Below are positions 49,501 through 64,000 of a DNA stretch of 64,000 nt, in pieces. How positions within the stretch are numbered: the first letter of the stretch is position 1; the number at the start of each line of letters is the position of its first letter. The translations under genes and the position numbers were made by a program. Origin of the DNA: Cystobasidiomycetes sp. EMM_F5 (lineage: Eukaryota); contig JBPGPT010000007.1 of NCBI GenBank assembly GCA_051047955.1, positions 186,001 through 250,000 on the forward strand. Direction: 5' to 3'. Below the pieces are notes generated by a model, which worked only from the letters and a program-made list of their open reading frames with translations, was not told the DNA's origin and made no database searches.

Positions 49501-51480
49501 ATGTTTGTCGCGCGCAAGAAAGTAGTCGCCAACAATGCAAATGGCACTCCAGCGACGACGAGCGCGGGCAGCAGTGGCAGCAGCTCGAGTGCGGCTGCAG
49601 GGACATCAGCGGGCAACGCCAATCACGTCCGGCAGCCCGTCAAGCTCGTTATGAGAACCGTCGCCGTCGCTCCACCGCAGACTCTCGATGAGCGAAAACG
49701 TCAACAGCAGCTGAAACGGCAGAGGGAACGGCATGAAACGAGTGCATACGACTCGAGTGAAGGCTCGGACAGGCAGAAGAAGGGCCAGGTCACGGCCAGC
49801 AAGGGCAAAGGCAGGGCAACGTTGACGAGGCTCAGAAAGGACGACGACAACAACGACGACGGCGCGGTGCTCGAGAGTAGGCAGTGGAGTGCTGCCCAGA
49901 CTAACGATGACGAGGAAGATATCTACGCCGACAAGCGTGGTCCACTCCGAGTGCCGCGTGTTGATTTGGCAGCACAGCCAGACAGCCTCGAAACAATCCC
50001 CGTGATAACGGCGACGCATTTGGTTGCTCCTTCAATTGCAGGATACGAGAAATGTGAGTGATCAGTCCCGCAGCTGTTATGTTGAAGTTCAGCTGAATAT
50101 CATCCCAGACTTTCCCGACCTCGATGACTCAACTAGTGCAATCATCGAGATGCCTGGCGACAACGCCTCTGAAGAATTCCCTCTGCTCGTTCCGCGTGCC
50201 AAAATTACCCACGAATATTACCCACTCTACGACTTGACGTCGGCTGTTCGCACAGTGTGCGACTACTACTTGACCGCCGAGCAGTCTTTGCAATACTTTC
50301 AGTATATACAAAACACATCTGGCTCGGCGACATTTGGCTTCCTGTCTGCTTCATCAAGTGAACCTGCTATAATTGCAAAGTCGGCCTCTCCTGCCCCTCA
50401 GGATCCGTTGACGATAGGCAACGGAACGCGTACATCCACTCCTGTCAGCGATGTGGGAACACCCGAACCTTCGCCGTCCCTGCTCAAAACTGCTTTCGAG
50501 AACGTGAAACCTATTTCATCCGGAAACACTGATCTTGCCATGCCAGCTACTTTCGGCAAAGACTCCATAGTCCGTGCGCTGGACAAAGCACTCAAACGTC
50601 GTAACGGCGCGCTGTTTATGGCGGCGCTCAATCATTACAATACCGTTATTCGCATGCTGAAAGGCAATGGCTCCATCCCGGCCAACGTTAATGCATTCGG
50701 AGCAGACACTGGCGTACCCGAAGGCTTGTGGCAGCGGATTGCGCTGCAGTGCTACGAACGAACCGTCGGGCCCGGTATCGAGAAGCTCAGAAAATACGCT
50801 GCCTTTTCGGACAATACGTACGGAGAGCTGTTGCCGCCTCTCTTGTCGCATATCGCGAGCATGACTGGCTTGAAGCCTGGTATGACTCTTGTGGATCTAG
50901 GAAGCGGTGTCGGCAATTGCTGCGTGCAAATAGCGCTTGCGTAAGTGAAGTACAGTCCTTGACCGGTATGAATGCTGAAGTGTCTTTGTACATCAGTACT
51001 GGATGTGCTGCGTACGGAGTAGAGAATCAGGTCGATGCTTCGGCGATGGCGCGTCTGCAGGTCGAAGAAATGAAAGCAAGAAGTCGTTTATGGGGCTTGC
51101 AGGCTGGTCCCATGGCAGTGCACGAAGCCGACTTTCTCGAAAGTCCACAAATCGTCAACCCGCTCATCAATTCTGCTGATGTGATACTCGTCAATAACTT
51201 TGTCTTCTCACCCCTCACCAATGAGCGACTCAGTCTCATGTTCCCCGGCCTCAAGGAAGGAGCTCAGATCGTTTCACTCCGCCCATTCTGCGAAAGAGCT
51301 GGAGCAGCTCCCATTTCGGATCGCAATGAGAACGCTATAGAGAGCATCCTCATACAGAGCAAGCCGATTCATTTTGGAAGGAGAAATGTCTCGTGGACGG
51401 ATGAAGGTGGTCGATACTACATTGCGACGGTCGACAGAAGCCGTCGCCGAGCTTTCGAAGAAGCGAAAGGAAGCCTTTGA
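49501..51480 (+). CDS. DOT1: Histone H3K79 methyltransferase, 2 introns
   Basis: YERTVGP...LRKYAAFSDNTYGELLP, VDLGSGVGNCCVQIAL, GVE, ADVILVNNFVF, LKEGAQIVSLRPF, VSWT...YYIATVDR. Confidence 0.95.
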
Positions 51481-51729
51481 GTAGCACTGAGCTGGCTGCA
51501 CAAGAACGTGTCCGGCTCGCAGTAAGCGTTGGCGTGGTTCTTACGTTCAGTCATTTATACCCCGTACAGCACGCAAGCGATCCTTGTTGAAACAAACAGA
51601 CCAACCGTACAATACTCATGTTGTTGCTCATCACCATCTGCTTTTAGCCATCAATGCATATGCTGAACATCTTGTCTGAAATTAATTGTTTACCGGGCCA
51701 TTGCTATGCATCTTTCGAATTCCCAAACC

Positions 51730-52943
51730 ATGAAGACTCCGACGGTATTGATTACCAACGATGATGGACCACCCAATGATCACGACTCGCCATTCATCGA
51801 GTCTTTTGTGCAGAGCTTGCGCGAGAGACTGCGATGGACAGATATCCGGGTCGTCATTCCTGCGTCACAGAAGTCCTGGATTGTACGGCTCCAGCTCTGA
51901 CGGTTGATTGCATCCAGCCATCTGACATGCTCCTGATGGTTCTTCAATTCCGCTCCAGGGAAAAGCATACATGATTCGCGACACCATCAACGTGTCCGAG
52001 TACCGTCCCGGTGACGGCAAAGGCGAGCCTTGGAAGCTTCTGACGGGCACGCCGGCATCGTGCAGCAATATCGCAATTCACAACCTGTACCCAGGCGAGA
52101 TTGATCTCGTCGTGTCGGGTCCCAATTAGTAAAGTTCTCGCTTTCTGGTTCTTTATGTCGTAGCTGAAACGTGCTACCTTTTCAATATTTTCAGTGGACG
52201 TAACACAAGCTCCGCATTCGCTTTGTCGAGTGGTACCGTTGGAGCTGCAATGTCTGCCAGTATGTCTGGCATACCGGCCATCGCGCTCTCCTATGGCATC
52301 TTTCAAAGGCCGCCACCAGAAGGGACGGTGAACAAGGCAAACAAGATTGCTTGCACCGTGATTGGCAAGCTCTGTGGGTATTAAGCACGGTCCTTCTCTG
52401 AAGTATGCTGAATTCAACGATAGGGACAGAAGTACTCAGCAAAGCCGAAAAGTCCGCTGACGTGTATAATATCAATATACCCGTGAGATGCACCATGCCG
52501 TCCTTGCACTTACGCGAGCTGACTGTTGTGTATATCAACAGCTGACAACCGAGATCTTGAAGCAATCATCCGAAGCACCGAAAGTATTGTGGACTTCTCT
52601 TGGCTACAACAAGTATTCGCGTCTCTTCGCGCCAGCGGACGATACCGGCGATACTATAGAGCAGACTCGGGCCAGATCTGCTGGACCAGCAGCCGTGAAA
52701 GCAGAGAGCTCCGCGACGGACAAGAGCTCAACGAAGCAGACCGCGCAAGCAGCCACTGCTTTCCGTTTCAAACCTGACATTTCGGCTCTGGTCAATCCAA
52801 GTGAGGATAGTCTGGTCGAAGGAACAGATCTACATGCTCTCCATACGGGATGCGTATCCGTTACCCCGCTATTGACGACATTCGCCATGGGTCAGAATAG
52901 CAGTGCGATAGAAGTAGGGGATAAGGGTCTTTGGAAACTGTAA
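51730..52943 (+). CDS. SurE-like 5'/3'-nucleotidase, multi-exon
   Basis: VLITNDDGPP, VVIPASQKSWIGK, LTGTPASCSNI, IDLVVSGPN, SSGTVGAAM, GCVSVTPL. Confidence 0.9.
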
Positions 52944-53244
52944 TTGGGCGTATCTTGGACATCAAATCTACCCCTTGCACGAATGCTGACATGCGAGCAT
53001 GACAAGTCGCTCTTTAACCGTGAGGGTAGACAGACTGACTGACCAGCCACCGCGCCCTCGCCCGCCTAACTGGCAAAACGGACTACTTCCGTTCTGGCTG
53101 TGCAGCCAGTCCGCGCCCAGATAGATGAAAGTGTCCGATAGGCTAATTGACCGGGAGGCATTTTCGGTCTTACCTAGACAGCGATTGAAGTCCAGACACC
53201 ATCTCAACTTTATTCGTTGCTGACGGTATCATCGCTATACAAAA

Positions 53245-53667
53245 ATGGCAGCAGCAGCAGGACTCTTTGTCGCAGAAGTCCTGTGTACGGGGATACTGCT
53301 TCGAGGCGAACGAAAAGAGCGCGAACGCAAAAAGGCTGCAGCTGCAGCGTTAGCGGGGCAAAAGGAGGAAAAACGTCGCAGACGTATGCAGCGCGAAGTC
53401 GCCGATCCTCAACGTTGGGGTTCCAGTACGTACAGCGACCGGGGACCCAGTGAAGTCCGATATGATTACTCCGATGGCCGATCCTTCCAGAACTACGGTG
53501 CCCCGCACCAGCATTTACACAATGCGTCTAGTCCGCCTGCGCAATTCAACCGGTCTCGGCTTCACGCGGTGCATGGTCAGTATGTGTCATCAGCCGCTAC
53601 ACTCAACCCCAACAGGAGTATGGATCCTCGAGTCATACATGCGAATCCTAGATCTAGATGGTCGTGA
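53245..53667 (+). CDS. Small hypothetical protein
   Basis: 140-aa ORF with aaaaATGG context, hydrophobic N-terminus then a basic coiled segment. Confidence 0.5.
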   Translation: MAAAAGLFVAEVLCTGILLRGERKERERKKAAAAALAGQKEEKRRRRMQREVADPQRWGSSTYSDRGPSEVRYDYSDGRSFQNYGAPHQHLHNASSPPAQFNRSRLHAVHGQYVSSAATLNPNRSMDPRVIHANPRSRWS

Positions 53668-54198
53668 TCTGACTTTTAGCGCATAGCCTTTGCTGTCGAT
53701 CGAGTGGTCCCAGTGCGCCCTCTCTCATTTGGCTGAGCCATGTGGTCCTGCCGCTTGTGGAACCTTAAATCACCATCACGTTAGCAGCTTGATACTACTT
53801 CGCTGTGAATCTTGCGCCAGTTTGAATCTCCAACGCATGAATGCAGTTTAGGCAGACGCGGTCTCAAGCCTGTCCGCCTGGAGTTTTGCCGCCTTTACCG
53901 TGACCTGCCTGCAGCATATCTGAGATGTTGCGTAGGCAGTGCGCGGTTCCGTGTGCAAATCTCGAAACCTACCCCAAATCTCAGGGCCCGTCAGCGCTAT
54001 CCTGGGAAATGACCTCGAAGCAGTGTCTGAGTGACTGTCGTACCAACACAGCGCCTCGAGGTAGCTGTGACCTCAATTTGACGGTGTACGGACAGCTCCT
54101 TATGCGCGTCTTGCTTTACTTCAGTCTCCATCTCGAATACAGGCAGATACACACCTGCACTCCATACTTCACCACACACACCATATCTTACGACAAGC

Positions 54199-54414
54199 AT
54201 GGCAGCAGCCGCAGCGACCTTCTTCCTGACAGCGGCTGAAATGTATGGGCCTAGGATCGTGGACGCATACTACGATCGCCGTGCGCAGTCCGGACGTACG
54301 GGTGGGTCCAGGTCAGTCGGCACTGCGAGACGACAAGAACCACAGTATCGTCCTTCACGTCCACGTCCGTCACAGCAGTACCCGGCATCGACGCACAGGC
54401 CGCGACGGCGCTAG
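54199..54414 (+). CDS. Small hypothetical protein
   Basis: 71-aa ORF after a CA-rich leader; N-terminus resembles that of the 53245 ORF. Confidence 0.45.
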   Translation: MAAAAATFFLTAAEMYGPRIVDAYYDRRAQSGRTGGSRSVGTARRQEPQYRPSRPRPSQQYPASTHRPRRR

Positions 54415-54756
54415 CATGAACACAAACGAATCGTATTTGCCGGTATGGGATAGCTGTGCTTGATGTATACGTCAGTCCCAATGCACGTAACGAGATGAGA
54501 GAATGTGAGGCTCGCGCTATTCGTTTGACATTGTCGTTGAGTCACTGCTCGCTTAGCATTATCTTTGCGTCGGAATCTGCGATTAGCTCCAAACCCGTCA
54601 GCGAGTCATTAGCGAGGATGTCGTGTTGGAAGCAGAGAGTGACAAGCGTTATAGCTTAGTGCCATCCCGAAAGTACATCGTTTATTGCATATCTTTCGAA
54701 AGAAAGGCCGACATAGTTGCTCTTGTCCATCCAAGTGGCCCATTCCACTCCAACGC

Positions 54757-61083
<6,327 letters not shown>

Positions 61084-61339
61084 AAGTGTAGTGTGAAGGG
61101 TCAGTTTCATCTGGAGTCGTGGCAGTCATTTCGTCTGGAGTACCAGAAGTTGCAGCATTATCGTCGTCGTCAGCCAATGATAGTAAACGTAGTATTGGCT
61201 CTGCTGAATGAGTTTCAACTTTGTCCGCGCACACGCTGCATTTCGCCATAGAGGACCTGTATTACCGTACTTTCTGACGACAATATGGAGTAACAACAAT
61301 GCCGCACTGAGTCAATGACTAGGGCTGCGCTATCGTGCG

Positions 61340-62586
61340 ATGGAGGTGGTAGCCAGCACTGCAGATGACGGCTGCCAGCGATATGAAAGTGGACATCCAG
61401 CAAACAGCCGAGACCTGGCTGGCCCGAACAAGGAACGCAAGATACGATTCGTCGACTACTGCGCAGTAATACCAGAGCTGGACGAGGCTTCGGTCGCTAA
61501 AGCGGCTGCTAATCAAGGTCGCCCTCGCTTAGCGACTCGGACTTATTCGTAGGTTGAATATTAAGATAGGACGCAGCAACAGCTGAATATTATATCTCTT
61601 GAGACAGGCTGCTGCTCCCGAGCATCTTCAGTCACGCACAAGAGGCACTGCCTGGTATTCATGACAATGTCACAACTTCGCCGACATCACAAACGACCAT
61701 CAGTCTGAAGTTGCCTACGATAACGAAACGCAAGAGAGCGTCGACAGCAGCAGCAGCATCTCCATCTATTAAAGGATGCCTCAAGAACGGCAAAACCGAC
61801 TCATGCTCAACTGGAGGTGCCGCTTGGGTCGTTACGTCGGCATCACAGCAGACGACGTCTCCACCCGTGTGTGAGGCACCTAAATTGGGTACTACATTGA
61901 CGGCTGCAAGATCATTGCCCAGTGGGGAGATGGGTCAGCTGGTCCCACTCAGTCCGTGTTGCGTGGATTGCCATAGAGGCACCGATTTTGGCTTTCTTCC
62001 CTCGCAATTCGAAAGTGAGGGCAAACCCAGTCAGAGTGTGTATTACGAGCAATGGACGCCGACAGCCAAGGCGAGACGCGCTAGGAGTTCGACCTCATCC
62101 TCGGATGCGGGCAAAGTGCATCACTCCTACTTCGATGGCAACGGAACGCGGCTCGAATGCATAGACGAGTTGGAATCGTTGCGAAAGACTGGTGTCTCAG
62201 CCATAACATCGCCAAGCCTGTCCAATGGGCTTGACGATGCATCGGATGCAGCTAGCTGCTTCTCAGACCTGTCTTTATCCACCGATAAGCGGTCGGAGGG
62301 TTCAAGCTCCGTAGTGTCACCCAGCCCACCCTCATCCGCAGAATCCACTGCTTCCTCCATTGCTAAGCGGCCCCGAAATCCAGACGGTGCAGAAAAGAAA
62401 ATGGGCATGCTGAGCAGGTCGCGTAGTGCCGATGCCACTTTTGCAGAGCAGCGAGGCCGGCTGGAAACTCGGCACATAACATACACCTCGTCAAACGACT
62501 GCGGTAGTCTCAGTCCAGAGCGCAGTACGTCAAGTGGCAGTTGGTCAAAGTGGTTAGGTGGTTTCGGGAGCGGAATGGGAGTCTGA
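61340..62586 (+). CDS. Hypothetical Ser-rich protein (2 exons)
   Basis: Exon 1 ORF 61340-61552 (RKIRFVDYCAVIPE), intron ~61549-61607, exon 2 includes ORF 61711-62586 with SIKGCLK and PLSPCCVDC motifs. Confidence 0.6.
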
Positions 62587-62854
62587 CAGCATGACGGAAT
62601 GAACAGGATGTAGCCGTATCAATGTGCTATCTTTCAGGTCTTTGTAGCAAGTATAAATTTGTGTAGCTTACAATAATGCTCGTTCGAGTCGATACACCCG
62701 CGTATGTGTTGCAGAATCTCGGCTGTTCTGAACCGCGAATGTCCGTTCAGCATTTACGGAATATGCTCGGCAGCTAACCAAGTCAAGGTCTCCACCATAT
62801 GTACCACGCTGTGACATGTGCTGATCCATTCAACTTGAATCTACCTTTGATGCC

Positions 62855-64000
62855 ATGGATAGGGCGGTTGAGTTGCTGGCAGACCGTGTCATCGAGCTGT
62901 ACCACAAAAGGTGAGTACTTTGCATGACTGCGCGCATCATAAACATCAACCTTATATATCCGCAGAACCAGCCAGGATAGCAGGATCATCGTCGGTATAG
63001 CTGGGTGAGTTTTACGGATTGAGGTGGAGACGCATCATGCCACTCCAGTCCGCGGCAGAGTCATCGGATCCGATGCACGCACTGACATTCACGCTATAGT
63101 ATCCCGGGCTCTGGCAAGTCGACGCTGGCTTTTCCGCTGACCGAGCTCATCAACGAAAAGCTCGGCGTCCATCTACAAGGACATGTCCAAGTGGATGCAA
63201 AACAAGCGCTCGCTCAGCATGCACCATCTGAGCCGAATCAAATTGCTATAGACGTATCCCTCGACGGCTGGCATACTTCCCGAGCCGATCTGGCCAAGTT
63301 TCCAGTACGTCCGCATTCCTTTACTGGCCTGATGCCTGCTTGACTGAAGAGCTACAGGATCCAGAGGAAGCACGCAGACGGAGAGTGAGCCTTCAACGTC
63401 TGCGCCACTGCTGAGGAAACCTCGGCATCAATACAATACTGACTGGATTTTATGCAGGGCGCAGCATTTACGTTCGATGCACTGGACTGGGTAGACTTTG
63501 TGACTTCTCTTCGTCAAAACCCACCGCCGACAGGCGGAATTGCATTCCGTACCTTCTCACATTCGAAGAAGGATCCAGAGACAGGCCCGTTCCTGATTAC
63601 AGGACATCACCAAATCATAGTGCTGGAGGGCCTCTACGTTCTCAATACGGAACCACCTTGGGACAAAGCAACGGAACAGTTGGATGAGCGAGTATGGGTA
63701 GATTGTCCTCCAGATGTCGCACGTGCACGTCTTATTGAACGACATTTGGCAACGGGCGTGGAGAATACGCGTGAAGCAGCGGAAAAGCGAAGTGAGTCGG
63801 TATTGAGCTACAATCTAAGCCCGTGTGCCATCTGGCTGACATTGAACATGGGAATCTGTTTGACAGTCGATGGCAGTGATCTTCGCAATGCTGAATATAT
63901 CGTGGATAACCTGGCAAAGCCAACAATCACGATCGAGTCCATCATAGACCTGACCTATGCTCGCGCAATCGAGCAACGGGTGCAGGATACGCATGGGCAA
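62855..64000 (+). CDS. YFH7-like P-loop kinase (phosphoribulokinase/uridine kinase/pantothenate kinase superfamily), multi-exon, runs to the window edge
   Basis: Spliced [18 protein letters not shown]alker A, SLDGWH, ARRRRGAAFTFD, FSHSKKDP, IIVLEGLY. Confidence 0.85.

Overview
Compact, intron-rich eukaryotic DNA with short (~50-60 nt) GT-AG introns. It is fungal and most likely a basidiomycete; that call is inferred from gene content and intron style. Most of the window holds conserved genes: a flavin monooxygenase, an LtrA-family membrane protein, CAND1/TIP120, SEC39, a forkhead transcription factor, SSN6/CYC8, uracil phosphoribosyltransferase, PAM16, a quinone oxidoreductase, a Rieske/AIF-like oxidoreductase, NUP159, DOT1, SurE, an ABCC transporter and a YFH7-like P-loop kinase. 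The outstanding feature is an ~11 kb accessory island (29.7-40.3 kb) between PAM16 and the AIF-like gene. It carries 11 co-oriented, intronless paralogues (9 intact, 2 disrupted) of a ~100-aa secreted protein family that I cannot assign to any known family. The mature proteins are cysteine-free and Thr-rich, show a beta-hairpin-like pattern, and several have co-duplicated promoters. Other oddities: five ACGCGT (MCB) sites upstream of the forkhead gene, one TAG separating the forkhead ORF from an in-frame downstream ORF, and a 3-nt micro-exon inside a Rieske ligand motif. Spans of multi-exon genes were read by eye and their ends are approximate. No database searches were run.
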